A DNA stretch of 49,509 nucleotides, filler included, from Circinaria calcarea (Eukaryota), in the NCBI GenBank assembly GCA_051942165.1. It is 2 parts of 2 records of this genome, joined end to end, with 100 filler letters (N's around TTAATTAATTAA, not from the genome) between each part and the next. Parts side by side here need not be neighbours in the genome. Positions count along the whole stretch, not along the records: positions 24,863 to 49,509 come from JAVECS010000103.1; 1 more part is not named here. One strand, written 5' to 3'. Each line of letters starts with the position of its first letter. Position 1 is the stretch's first letter. The notes below the pieces were generated by a model. That model made no database searches. It saw only the letters and a list, made by a program, of their open reading frames with translations, and was not told the origin of the DNA. Positions 33,136 to 45,906 of the stretch are shown here, piece after piece. A program made the position numbers and the translations under genes.

Positions 33136-35824
33136 TTAAACCCTCTCGAAAAAGTAAACGTAGGCAAACTTTTTCATCTCCTCCACATCAACCGCTTTTA
33201 CCACTTTCTCATCGTTGAACAGCACCCAGGCTTCTTGTCCTTCGTCGGGGATCTCCTTACGGATGAAGGCGACGTAGTGACTACACAGTGTTAGCAAAGT
33301 AGGAACACAGATAATGCCAAGTTTTGAAGTAGAAAGAACAAACCCAGCATGAATACTGGCCCCCTTGTGGCAGACAATGCTGTTAAGTCGAAACCGAGCC
33401 GGTAAGCTCGCACTCCCTGCCATCTCCTTCTCCGCATTCTCTGCTGCTTCCCCTGCCTGTCCACTGCTGGCCTCCCCATCAGCATTGAAGTCTCCCTGAT
33501 CATCTGGATGGCTGAAGACCCAATCCAAGGCCCTATTGACATCGCCTTCAGTCTCCTTGAGGGCTTTCCTTGCTTGCGGAACACTGATCCCCATGGCACC
33601 AAGAGCGTCGATACTTTGTTGACTCACGCCTGCCGCGGAACCTGCACCACTGCTACCACCGCCAAGATCAAGCGGCTCGTCGATATCCGGATCTTCCATA
33701 TGGGCAAAAAGCCAGTTCATTGCTGTGTCAGCGTCTGTGTTGCCAGTAGCGTGGAGGGCTTTCCCGCATCTTACACGAGGGAAACCCATTCCCTCAAGTT
33801 GACTTACTGCCATTTCGTTAGGGGTGAAACTCGCTTTGGTAGTATTGGTTTCTGCGACTTCGGGAAGGAGCTCTTCGTCCTCTTGAAGACCTGCGGACTT
33901 GTATGAATCAAGATCAAACGGTTCATCGTTTACGACGACAGGGACGTCGAGCTTTGTAGGAACCCAGTTGACGAGCTCAAAACGACGAGCATTGACTGCT
34001 AAATTCGTTGGAAAGGTCTTGAAGAGGGAGCGCTTGATGAAGCCACCTTTGCTATTGCACGAGGGACATGTGAGTTCGACAACCTCAGGACCAGTGAAAA
34101 CGTCAAGACATTCCTTCAAAGTGACGGGTTCGAAGTCGTCTTTAAATTTCTCCGTTCCTACCTCACCGTTGCCCTTTTTGGGAATCCGCCTTACTGGAAC
34201 AGGAACAGAAATGTTATCTTGTTCGTCGGTACGATAGCGGACCTTTTTGCAAGACAAACACTGGAGGCGCTGCTCCATGACAAAGCGAAATGACTTTACA
34301 GGATCTTGTAGTGGAACTGTGTGCGTGGAACGAGTGATGAGCTTAAGTAAGTGGAGGAGGAGTTCGAAGGAATCTTGTTGTCTCATAGTCGAGAATTCTT
34401 CATGACCGCGACCGATTAGATGCTTCAACATTGCTGGAGCTAGACCTTTCTGGTGCGGTATTTCTGAAGAATATTCAGATGCAATAACATCCGTGTCAGG
34501 GTATGAATAGCGACCAGACAGGAGACCATCAGCAAGCTTCCGTAACTGTGTTTCAAGGTCTTCTGCCGGGTGTCGAGTGGAGACTGGAGGATCTTGGGGA
34601 TGGAAGTATCGGTCTTGGAACACTGGTAGGGAGAAGAGACACTGTAAGATGCTTGCTAGGTAGCAGCTATTACCAAGGTTCTTTAAGCCAGTAAATCCCT
34701 GACCGAATATCGGCTTAAGCTCTTTTCCATCTTCTGTCGTCATCGAAAATTCCCATCGTAGGTTCTGCTCTATCTGCATCTCCGTAAGACTCTTCTCTGT
34801 CTTCTCTCGCTCGGCAATGTTGATTCCCCAATGCGCGAGGTGCGAGGCAAGCTCGGTGTCCACACGTTCCTCGTTACAATGATAGCAATACACGTCGGCA
34901 GTACCTTCAGGAGTAATAGAGCCTAATTTCACAGCTACTGCGTGTGATGAGTCGTCTGCGTGCTTCAAACCATGACCGTTTCCTCCTACACCACCGAATT
35001 GAGCTCGACCACAGCCCAAGTTACCGCATTGTAAGCAAAGCCATAGATTCTGTTTGAGATCGCAGATTGAGCAGTGGCCGAGGTCTAAATAATATAAGCG
35101 TCACAGAATACCAGATCCATGTTGATATGTACACACCTTGTGATTCGATGTGCCTTCCTGGCTCTTGCTGCAGACATAGAGTATGCTCGCATGGAGTCAT
35201 CTCCTGTTCCCATGCTTTCACTTCGGCCTGTCTGGCAAAAGTGCTTGCCTTTAGGACGCCTTCGATCACACCGGGGAGTTTGCCCTTCTCTCTATTCACA
35301 TCTTCAACCTCACATTCGAAACACTTGACCTGTATCTTGGTGTCGTAGCGGTCTTCCTCAGTCTCAGCAGCGATGGCCAATTTCGACATCTTATGTGGTG
35401 GTTCATCTCGCTACATAAAAACCCACTCTTAGCTTTATGGTTCCTCCACGTCAGGTCCCCAAGCTCCTTCTGAGCCAGCTCATCGTACCTTAATCCTCTT
35501 CCTGCTCCTCCGTATGTTCAAAACCAAAGGATGTTTCAAGGACTGGCTATGTAGTCGTGCATGGTTTCGCTCTCCAGTACAACCTCCATTAAAGCAGTAT
35601 AGGCAAACATCGAGACCTGTAGGATCATCCTAGATGTTCAGTCAGAGACCTTTAGCTAGGTGAGGATTTAACATACAATCGAATTGAAGCACTGAGTGCA
35701 GTCATCTCGGTACACAGCCTGCGTAGGTCCTGGCGGGCGAAGCTCTATAAAGGCAATAAATACAACATCGGAAAATGTTGGAGTATCAAAACTTACCAGC
35801 GGCATCTACGTGTTTGCACGCCAT
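33136..35824 (-). CDS. UBP14: Ubiquitin C-terminal hydrolase 14 (isopeptidase T/USP5-like), multi-exon
   Basis: ZnF-UBP regions, Cys box GLKNLGNSCYLASILQ, QQDSFE, two UBA-like segments (MGFP, MGIS), His box HKGASIHAG|HYVAFI, FNDEKV; start MACKHVDA at 35824. Confidence 0.95.
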
Positions 35825-36214
35825 GTTATGATGAATTTTCTAACAACTTTTGGAAAGTGTAGGATGGTGGTGAAAAGATGTGTAGGTCATAGCTTCATGA
35901 GATTGTGAATATGGATGCCTGCGGAATTGTAAGCAATGACTCCGATCCGCGAATATCTGTCAATTATTCAGTTGGTTCGCACGCGAGGCACAGCCATCCA
36001 AAGTACGTGAGGATTTCTATTGTAACTACGACATATTACCTAGATGCGATCCGGGAGAATGACCATTCCTCACATGATATGAGCAGCCCTAAAGCGAAAA
36101 CAGCTAAAAGCTCGGTAAACTAAATAGGTACCCGTTTCAAGTATTGAAGTCTATACTCAGCAAGCAAAACAATTGGTATCATCTAGGTAAACGGAAGGAG
36201 AAAACAGCGCAGCC

Positions 36215-37825
36215 CTAGTGCTCCTTCAGCCATGTAACCATCTGACCAAACGCCGACTTCTGCGCCTCCTGTATCTTTGGATCTTGGTACTCGCCTACGA
36301 CAGCGAAGCCTGTGGTAATAACGTCAGTATCCTCGAGTAGTTCTCATGCAGGGCCTGTAGTTTACCACTGACCGTGAGGTACGCCCGGATAGACTTTGAT
36401 CTCATGTTTGATCTGCTTCTCTTCGAGGTTCTTCTGCGCTGCTTCGCGAATGTCATCTGGAAATAAGGGATCGTTCTCTATTTTCTGATAGTCAGTGGAT
36501 TTCTGATACTTGAGAAGAATGAGTTGAGTGTGAGAGCGTGGATTATTCGGCTAGCTGTCCTAGATCTTAAAGTAACATGTATGAAATCACCGAGAGAGCC
36601 AAAGTAAGGAATGATAATAGAGACTTGTAACCGCGATTAACACGGAACCTAAGATATACTACGAGCAATCTACTGCAGCATATTTTTATACTGCAGCAGC
36701 GGCAGTGAGGAAGGATAGCAGTGAAAAAGCACATACCCACACAAGCCATTGAAATTGGCGACTTGACAGCTTCTATATCATGTTTCGTCACCATGGTAGC
36801 TACCTAGCATTAGCTGACTTGTATGACGTGGCTGCCTGACAAAGTACCATGCGCCAAAGCACCAGCTCTGATCAAGGGTTTCGCTTTAACTACTCCTTGC
36901 TCCTCATCTTTCTGTGCTTGCCCCTTAGCAACAGCGTCGGGAAGTTCAGACCCCAATAAGAGGACGTATTTCCCTCCAAAGCAGTAACCCACTGCATAGA
37001 TGCCGCCTCCGTTCGCAACGGCATCGGCGAACTCTTCTTTCGCCCCTTCGACTACCTTTTGAAGGATTGGCATGACTTTTTCAGGTGTCTGCCTTGCAAG
37101 CCACATGTCAAGCATAAATGACTGGACAGTCTCTGTAGCCACCAGCTTGACTTGTTCTATGACTGAAGGGTGAGCTTCTTGAACGGCGTTGGGATTGCCA
37201 CTGTTAGGCGCCGGGTCTCCTCCGAATCTACATTTATTTACTCAGCGTTCGCCGACCATCACCCAGTCCCAGAGGTATCTCACTGATCGGGCATGACAAC
37301 AAGGAACCCCTCACTGGCATATTGATCTGCTTGCAGTTGGTTGTTAATCGAATGTATGCCCGTGCCGCTACTTAGGAATAGTAGTAATTTGGATGGGGAA
37401 TGAGGGTAATCGCTAGGTTTTGTAATGTAAACCTAAACAGAACTTGGTTTAGTTGGACACTTTTGCACTCAGATCGTCTAAGCTTACGTCGACGTCTGCA
37501 ATTTTGGAAATTTCCTATACAACGCATCTCAGTCTCTGAATAATAGAGCCCATATTTTGTGTCGACCCACGCCGGTTGGAGCAGCACCGCTAGCTGTCTG
37601 TAATTCAGCTTCAGGTAGGTAACATGGAGCTCGACTACCCACGAGAAGGACGGTCGGTCGTGCAGTGTTCCTAACGGATTCTGTAAGTACTACTCCTGGC
37701 CTTTGGAAGACAAGAATGTATACCCCCATACTTGGGCCTGTTTGCGCTGGTGTATCATTTGGAAAGATACTGCCCTCTGCAGCATCAGTCTCTGGAGCTT
37801 TAGTGGCTGGCTGTGGGTCTGTCAT
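36215..37825 (-). CDS. Dienelactone hydrolase family (alpha/beta hydrolase, AIM2-like), multi-exon
   Basis: NNQLQADQYASEGFLVVMPD, nucleophile elbow GYCFGG, E-N-D-PLFP, YPGVPH|GFAV; stop TAG at 36215-36217. Confidence 0.85.
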
Positions 37826-37960
37826 GGTCGTATAGTATTGTTGTAGATATGAAGGCAACGAAAAGTGGTGTTTACCGTTGATCTGGTCAAATCCCCGCGA
37901 AGCTGATGCCTGCACTTCCAGCCCCGCGATTTCTCAGCCCTACCGACGTGAAACCACTTT

Positions 37961-37966
37961 ACGCGT
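37961..37966. promoter_or_regulatory. MCB element (ACGCGT) in the 245-bp divergent promoter upstream of RFA1
   Basis: Exact ACGCGT 110 nt upstream of the RFA1 ATG; additional CGCG cores nearby. Confidence 0.6.
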
Positions 37967-38070
37967 TGGAGGGGTTTGCAAAATCAATAATAGGTGCCTG
38001 ATATTCATTCCGTACACATCACACCTTGCCTTCTGCTCAATACGGTAAAGGAACCTATACTTCTGAAAAT

Positions 38071-40229
38071 ATGGCTACGAACGCGGCCTCACACGTCGAC
38101 CAAGGATCTTTGAGGTTCGTATCAATGTCTTCTTTCCCAAAACGATGAATATGCTGAGCCCCTCGACAGTGCTATCCTTGAGTCTAATGATCCGAGTAAT
38201 ACAACCACTCAGCCGGTTCTACAATGTGTACAGATCAAACCACTTGCAGCTCAGCAAGGTACCCCCGAGCGCTACCGCGTGGTGTTCAGTGATATCTCGA
38301 ATTTCGTTCAAAGCATGTTGGCTACGCGTATGTTCGCCAGATAGTGAACCAATTATTGCAAGCTAATTGGAGGGATAGAGGCCAATCACGTTGTTCATGA
38401 AGGAAAGCTAAAGAAAGGCTGTTTTGTCCGCTTGAAGTCTTTCCAGCAGAACCTGGTTAAGGGCAAACGGTATACCCCATCCAACCTTGAAATGGCACGG
38501 CAAATGCTGATCGAGTAGTATCTTAATTGTTCTCGATCTGGACGTCCTCGAGGATTTGGGCGTATGCGAGAAGCTAGGGGAACCTAAGGCTCTTGAAGTC
38601 AAACCAGAAGAGGAAGACGCAAAGCCGCAGCCAACCACCATCTCGAGTAACGGATTTTATGGTAACAAACCGCAACAACAACAGCCACAACCGCAGAAAC
38701 AAGTACTTCCTTCGAGGTCGAATGCAGCCAACTCCACATCTCATGCCAATATCTACCCTATCGAGGCTCTTTCACCGTATGCCCATAAGTGGACGATCAA
38801 AGTGCGGTGTACTAATAAATCGGAGATCAAAACTTGGCACAATCGAAACGGCGAAGGAAAACTGTTCAGTGTCAATCTGCTAGATGATAGTGGAGAGATA
38901 AAAGCCACAGGCTTTAATGATCAGTGTGATGCCTTCTATGATCTTTTCCAGGAAGGCAGTGTATACTACATCTCCAGTCCATGCAGGGTACAACTAGCGA
39001 AGAAGCAATTTTCAAACCTCACCAATGATTACGAGCTTTCCTTTGAGCGTGACACCATAGTTGAAAAGGTAAGCCAGCTGATTATATACTTCGTTGAGCA
39101 GACCACTAAGCCGTTTTATGTAGGCAGAAGAGCAGGATGGCGTTCCGCAAGTCCGATTCAATTTTACAAACATTGGTGATCTGCAGTCTGTTGACAAGGA
39201 CTCAATTATCGATACAATTGGCATTTTGAAAGAAGTAGGGGAAACCTCACAGATCACGTCGAAGACGACGAGCAAGCCATACGACAAGCGGGACCTGACC
39301 CTTGTCGACAACACCAATTACTCCGTGAAGGTACTTAGCCCCGCCATTGGTGCCGGATCCGCAAATAATAACAAAGGCTGACTTATCGCAGCTTACAATC
39401 TGGGGCAATACGGCGGCTTCCTTCGATGTGGTACCAGAGTCTGTCATAGCGTTCAAGGGGCTGAAAGTTTCCGATTTCGGCGGTAGGAGTTTAAGTCTTC
39501 TCAGCTCTGGCTCGATGACGGTCGATCCTGATATCGATGAAGCACATAAGCTGAAAGGTTGGTATGATGCGCAGGGGCGCACCGATACCTTTGCATCACA
39601 TTCTGCTATGGGCGGTTCTCTGGGTAGCGCCGGTGGGCGGAATGATCAGTCAAAGACTATTCTCCAAGTCAAGGAAGAGAACCTTGGGATGTCCGAGAAC
39701 CCCGACTACTTTAGCACGAAAGCAACCATCATATACGTCAAACAGGACAACGTCTCCTACCCGGCGTGTCTTTCCGAAGGATGCAACAAGAAAGTCGTCG
39801 AGGTAGACCCTGGGCAATGGCGTTGCGAACGCTGCGACAAGACGCACCCAAAGCCAGAGCATCGATATATCATGTCACTCAATGTCAGTGATCATACCGG
39901 CCAGATCTGGCTGAGCTGCTTTGACGATGTGGGAAGGCGGATCATGGGCATGAGTGCGGACCAGCTGATGGAACTGAAGGAGAATGACGAGAAGGCCGCC
40001 GGGGATGCCTTCCAGGAAGCGAATTGCCAGACCTGGATGTTCCACTGTCGAGCCAAGATGGACAACTTCCAGGACCAGCAGAGGTACGGCGTCGAGACTC
40101 TTTAACTATGTACCGAATAGGGCTAACACTCATAGGGTTCGATATCAAGTTACCGGGGTCACCGCAGTGAACTATCCGAGCGAATGTACAAAGCTGGCGA
40201 GGCTGATCAAGCTGTATAATATCGAGTAA
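38071..40229 (+). CDS. RFA1: Replication protein A large subunit (RPA70), multi-exon
   Basis: YPIEALSPYAHKWTIKVR, GEGKLFSVNLLDDSGEIKATGF, KVSDFGGRSLS, LKGWYD, Zn finger YPAC...CNKKV...WRCERC, SDHTGQIWLSCF. Confidence 0.97.
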
Positions 40230-40917
40230 CGGGGGTATGCGTGATATGACGATGGTTTTCGAGTTATGAGAATGTACGGATAGTACATGGGCGTGTTCAT
40301 CTGTCGTAGCTTCAAAGATACCTTCATTTGTTGATGACGCAAACAGAGAATTGTCGAGTTGTCCCGGAAGCAGAGAAGCCCGGAGGAAATGGGCCAATAT
40401 TTCCCCGTAGACTAGTGCAGTGTGGGAATGAGGGCGCTAATCTTATCATCCGCTCAGCCAGGGACAGCTCAGGCGATTAGGAGGATGATTATTGATGATG
40501 ACGATGATAACGATGATTAACCACGTATAGTCATGCAGTAAGTGAATGGTATCAAATCTAACAGACAGGTGGACTCTTCCCCTATATAATTGCCCGGGCG
40601 CAGACATGGTGTCTAGATTTCCTTCCATCGGCAGCACTTCGCTGTGGTTTCAAGACCCTGCGTCAATGCCTTTGACCGGCCTGGCCATCTCCCCAGACTC
40701 CTTCCTAGCTCCCTTTGAAAAGACGGCTACCTGATCATCAGACGACGACAGCCCGTTAAGTAGGCCTTTCAGCAAACTCATAATTCAAGAGAGCCTTGTA
40801 TGCTACGGTACTCTTTGCTAGGAGGTGTGGAAATAATATATGCTGGTTGGGCGACGAACTACAACGGCAACGACTTTCCTTTCATTTGCTATTCCCCCGT
40901 CTCCCCGATAACCCATC

Positions 40918-42633
40918 ATGGCTTTCCACTCGGCCTTTGCACCTCTGCCTCAGCGGCGCAATATCGCTTACAGTCCATCTGATCGAATCATCTCAGCAAC
41001 GATAGAGCATGACAGGATCGATGATTCCAAGGAATGGGTCCTGTTCTCCCCAACCCGGACCACGGCTAGGACTCAGACTACCTCTACAGACCAGACAACG
41101 CGCACCGCCGGACGGTCAAGGCTTAGCGATTTCGGCTCTTTGAACACTACTGCCAAGTCCGGTCAGGACAATGATGGCGGATCCGTTGCCGTTGACGATG
41201 ACGAAGAGCTGGACAGTCTCGACGATGACCTGCATGCTTTTCAAGAACCTTCGATCTATCCCGGCGGACACCCAGATCAAACCGAAGGCTCCGTGCTACC
41301 AGTCCATGACGGTCTGGGTACCTTCGCCCCCTCCAATTCACAAGTGCAGCAACAACTCTGGAACTTTGAGCTTTACAATCCGCATCGACGTTTGTCCGCA
41401 CGGCAAAGAAGAGCATCCAGCGTTCAGAAGAAGTTGGAAGCTATAGACGATGAGGATGGACCGCAAATGGAGAGTGTCCGGATGGAAAGAATTGAGCAGT
41501 GGAGGATGGAACAGTCCGAGGTCTTGCTAGAGGAGATTGAGAAAGAAACAAGGAGAAGGCGGCTAAGCCGATCTAGCGAGAAGTCCGACTATAAGATCGA
41601 AGCGGTCAAAGGGGCTTCTAGTAAGGGCCAGGATGCCGCTTCTGCTATCGGAGCTGCATTGACAGCAGAGAATACCGAAGAGCACGATTCGTTTTTACAA
41701 CGCCTAACACGGCAGGTCATCCATGATCTGATCGGCATTGACGATGCTCTTCTCTCGGCCATATTCGGCGAGTCACTTATTGCAGATGCTGATCCGTCCT
41801 TACGGCCTTCTCCTATGACTGCGGGATTAGCAGTCGATTCATCACTGCTCGGTAGTACTAAAGAGCCAGGACTACCTACTGGATGGGAAGACCGGTTACT
41901 AAAGCGTGTGGCACGCGAGTTAGGTATACTCGTTCACCAGCTATCCGAGCGCCCAGACGCGTTCAGCTCCTACTTGAATTTCGAAGAAAGGATGGATTAT
42001 GCAGGCATACCCGTTACTCCGTCAACCTCCCCTTTTCCAAGAAACCCTTCCTTCTCGGCTGACACACAAGCTTCTCCATCAATCCCTCACTTTGCCCCCA
42101 CACTCGGACATCATCTAGCCTCACCATCCGAATCCGAGCATGCTGCACGTTGGGGTATAGAAGATTCATCGCTAGGCGATGCATCCCCAACCGCATCTAC
42201 CGATGTGGAATACTGGGAACGTACTCCGGACCTCAGAACCGTCTTCACATACCTGCAACAGCGCTTCGCAGGTCCTTCCACAACCTCCAAACCCAATATC
42301 AACGTCGCTACTTCCTCCACTCCCCATTCGCTCCACCGGGCTGCAATTATCCGACAGCATCACCCTCTCATCTCCCGCTCTTCTGCATACGGTCGACAGA
42401 AACGCGGTCGGCGCCTGAGTCAGAGCCACAGCCACTTGCGTCAGTATAATAGCAGCGGCTCGTTACTAACCCCAAGCTTAGGGATGAAAAGGGTGGGAGA
42501 GAGTTGCGCAAGTGCGAGTACGAAGAGGTCGAGGAGGGAGGCGAGTAGAGAGTCGAAGAACTTTTGGGATCTCGATTTTGGAGGCAGCATGGGGAGTAAG
42601 GATCTGGGAGTTGGCGCTTGGGGGGAAGTATGA
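40918..42633 (+). CDS. Hypothetical protein, intronless, 571 aa, largely low-complexity
   Basis: Long ORF with short conserved-looking blocks (EWVLFSP, LPVHDGLGTF, RIEQWRMEQS, VIHDLIGIDDALLSAIFGE, YWERTPDL). Confidence 0.8.
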   Translation: MAFHSAFAPLPQRRNIAYSPSDRIISATIEHDRIDDSKEWVLFSPTRTTARTQTTSTDQTTRTAGRSRLSDFGSLNTTAKSGQDNDGGSVAVDDDEELDSLDDDLHAFQEPSIYPGGHPDQTEGSVLPVHDGLGTFAPSNSQVQQQLWNFELYNPHRRLSARQRRASSVQKKLEAIDDEDGPQMESVRMERIEQWRMEQSEVLLEEIEKETRRRRLSRSSEKSDYKIEAVKGASSKGQDAASAIGAALTAENTEEHDSFLQRLTRQVIHDLIGIDDALLSAIFGESLIADADPSLRPSPMTAGLAVDSSLLGSTKEPGLPTGWEDRLLKRVARELGILVHQLSERPDAFSSYLNFEERMDYAGIPVTPSTSPFPRNPSFSADTQASPSIPHFAPTLGHHLASPSESEHAARWGIEDSSLGDASPTASTDVEYWERTPDLRTVFTYLQQRFAGPSTTSKPNINVATSSTPHSLHRAAIIRQHHPLISRSSAYGRQKRGRRLSQSHSHLRQYNSSGSLLTPSLGMKRVGESCASASTKRSRREASRESKNFWDLDFGGSMGSKDLGVGAWGEV

Positions 42634-43459
42634 GTGCACGTGTTACGATTCGAACTGGGGGAGCATGGCTTTACATTTGCCTGGATTTGGCGTTGGCTAG
42701 TGGCTATGGGATATCGGTGCCCACCCATGGTGTAGGGAATCTCCTACTAATTTGACTACGGGGGACTGGCATCATGAAATATATGCTGATGAGGTACACT
42801 GGAGGTTCAGGCATGGATGGATGGATATATGGATGCAGGAGTTGCGGCCAGTGCACGTGAACACGGATCCAGTGAGATCTTTAGATAATTCTTCTCTTCA
42901 TTCAGAATGCGTGGAACTGTTCAATCTTCTCTAAACCTTGAGCATATGGCAGATTTCCATCGATGGTCTAGTTGGGTAACCGTAGCGTTCAGCTGACCGT
43001 ACGGAGTAGGAATTTGATGGTATGCACGGTAGCTGCTTCGTGACGTAGTTTACCCCTTACTTGCTTAAGCGACTACTCCATAAAACTCAGCCTCACCCAC
43101 CCACCCAGCGCCTCGAATTTCCTCGTTGCCACTTGAGAGTCAAGCCTCAACTTCTTAGGTACGATTGCTGTGTCATGGTCGGTCGATGAGGAGAGACTTT
43201 ATTACAGTAGCTACTCCGTACTTACTTCGATCCACTGCATGAATTTGATGGGGGCGCTATGTATTGGCCGTGCCCGAATCCTTCTGCTTATTGCGCCTCA
43301 TTCGGTCTTATCATGCAAGTCCTTGAATATGACTGTTTCGGCATTAGAATGTTTCTTTTGTATTTCGTTTTGGGGGCGAGTGGGAGTTTGCTCTGGGGGT
43401 TGGTGGAGGCTGGGTTCGAAAACCGGCGTGCTTCCTTCCAGGCTACCCGTTGTATTTAA

Positions 43460-43718
43460 TGGTCCGCAGGGGTAATAATCGTTAAGTGCCACGCTAAAAT
43501 CTTGCACTGATTATCGTTATTTCTGCAGATATTTACCCGATTATTACTCTTTTTTTAATTGTATATTGCATGCTATCAGGTAGTCATTAATGCCAACAGG
43601 CTGTAAATAAACTGTTAAATATTAATAAATAGCTTTTTAACAATAAGTTAGAAAGCTTTAACCATATAAAGTAGTCATTTACTAGTGTGGCACTAACGAC
43701 TATCAGCCCTGCGGACCA
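43460..43718. mobile_element. MITE-like non-autonomous element (about 260 bp) with ~36-bp imperfect terminal inverted repeats and AT-rich interior
   Basis: Left end TGGTCCGCAGGGGTAATAATCGTTAAGTGCCACGCTA versus reverse complement of right end TGGTCCGCAGGGCTGATAGTCGTTAGTGCCACACTA; no clear target-site duplication. Confidence 0.75.
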
Positions 43719-44050
43719 GGTTATGTGCTGAGCCTCATGCAGAGGATTTACGCCCCTGTTTCAAGCAGCTTCTATCTTAAGGTACCCATCCAATCAATCT
43801 CCTGCTACAGAGTACTCTTATCAATGAGACCGGGATCTCCCTCCTCCGATCATCTTTTGCAAATAGTACATAGTCCCCGTCTTTGGCCCCGAGACATCTT
43901 ATGTATCCTATTCTACGCTGTGGATAGCGTTATAGAAAACCTTCCGCTTAGTCTCGAACCACTGATGTATATATCCTCTTTAACTCGTCAGGCGTTAGCT
44001 ATATATATATTCCCTGAACGATCCTTGGATTAAAAGTATATTTACGCGCC

Positions 44051-45906
44051 ATGGCCGAACACGATGATGAGGTTCCCCTTGTTGCTCCCCACCATGAAAG
44101 GGCCTCCGCGGTTCAATCCCAAGGGAATGTGATACGAAAACCACTACATCCCGGCATGCTATTCAAATATGAAGAGCTGCGAGGTTCTCCAGCCACAGAT
44201 GTACATTCCGGCTTCGAAAAGAGCACAGGGATGAAAGATGGTGAACGACTGGCGCCCAAGCTATTCGAACAGGACCCAAGCTGGCATAAATGGTATTTGC
44301 GGTGTTTGGTGCCCAAGCTACGCAAGCTGCGATCAACGAGCTACCGATGGTACAAGAAAGGAGTCTTCCCCACCGTTGACAAGCTTGGACCAAGATGGAA
44401 TGAATGCCATAGGAAACATTTAGCTCCTACATTGTATACGTTGGAGCCCGTGTGGTTTGGATGTCAGGTAAAATATGTGGCTCCTACATTACGGAAGCTA
44501 GAGCTATGGTGGAATGAAGGCTATACTAAATACCTGGCTCCCAAGTCGCAGGAGAAGGAGATGGTCGTGCTTAAGTGGTAAGAGATATCCCCTGTGCGTC
44601 CTTAGGAATGCACACCACTAATAGTATCAGGCATCGTTTCCTCAAGCATTGCGGGGTCTTCTTGATTCTTGCTACTGTTGTGGGCCTTAGTATGTACTGG
44701 CTTAGTTCCGTCTATCAAATAGCGACACAACCCCCTGGACGTTTTATTCGCATTGCTGGACTGTGGTTCAATATCCCCACATGTTTAACTGGTAAGCCTG
44801 GTGAGATGGGGAGTCATTTCGTCGGTATCGATATTCCAATTGGTAGATTATCGTTTGCTCAAGCAAAAACGGTTGATTTAGCATGGAATTGGATTGCGGG
44901 GCGGGGAATTCAGTCAATACTTGTGTTGTTATGCTACAGGGTTTTTGCCGATGTCTTGATGAGGATCACAGAGGTACATCACATTCGTTACGACACTTTC
45001 ACCTCCTTGGCGATCTACTCGACTAAACTCGATACTGTGATGCAATTCGGAAAGACTCTTTTCAGGACACCGGGATGGCGAGTAAAGTTTACAATGGCTT
45101 GGCTGCTCATCTCGACGGCCTACCTTGCGACGTTTCCGAGTCTAGTGGACGTCATGTCGGGTTACGAAGCTTCATATCTACCGCAGCTTAATTTACCAAG
45201 CGGCACGAGCAAAGTCATGAATGACACCATTTTTTCCGAGTTTGATAATAGATATCGATACTCCGATAAAAACCTACCAATGACTAGCTTCTTCAATACT
45301 ACGTTTATGGGCAACATGACGCTGGCTGAATACCGGTCCGAACACCGGTCCGATTACCCATTCGTATATCACTGGTATGATCCTGATCTCGATAAGGAGT
45401 GGTCCGATTCAGTCAATATAAGCGCTTCATATTCTGGTCGTTGGTACGCATCTAGAGTCAGAGACTTATTATACATCGAACAATCGAAACATTACTCATG
45501 CGTCATTGATCCAAACATCTACCATTGGGGTTTCTCCGCTGGGTGGATTATAGCTGTCGCGTCCGTCAACAGTGCCTGGCTCATTGGCCTCTGGATCATC
45601 TGGGTTGATGCGGATCACAACAGCCAACTCTGTCGGAAAGGCCGGCGCATGGGTGTTTACAGGGGCATGGTGGACATTGCCGAAGCGATCAAGGAAAATC
45701 TGGGAACCGACCTCTGTGCATATTCCGAAGCAGAGCTGGCGGCGGCTGTGAAAAGACAGGGTCCGATCAAGTATTACGTGTCAGATGTTGAGGATGGTCA
45801 GCCTGGGCATATTGGGCTCTCGTCACGCCAATCCGCCAAGGTGAAATTGAGCTGGGAGCAGAAGTATGGAAGCCAACTGAGGATACGAAAATCTGTTTGC
45901 GAGTGA
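44051..45906 (+). CDS. Hypothetical multi-pass membrane protein (2 exons) with an N-terminal 19-aa repeat region
   Basis: Intron 44578-44630 (GTAAGA...ACTAAT...TCAG) joins the two ORFs in frame (KW|HRF); several hydrophobic segments; motif GRLSFAQAKTVDLAWNWIAGRGIQ. Confidence 0.75.

Noticed and set aside
43405..43440. GGTTCGAAAACC resembling a tRNA T-loop
   Set aside because: No acceptor stem, D-arm or anticodon arm could be folded around it.
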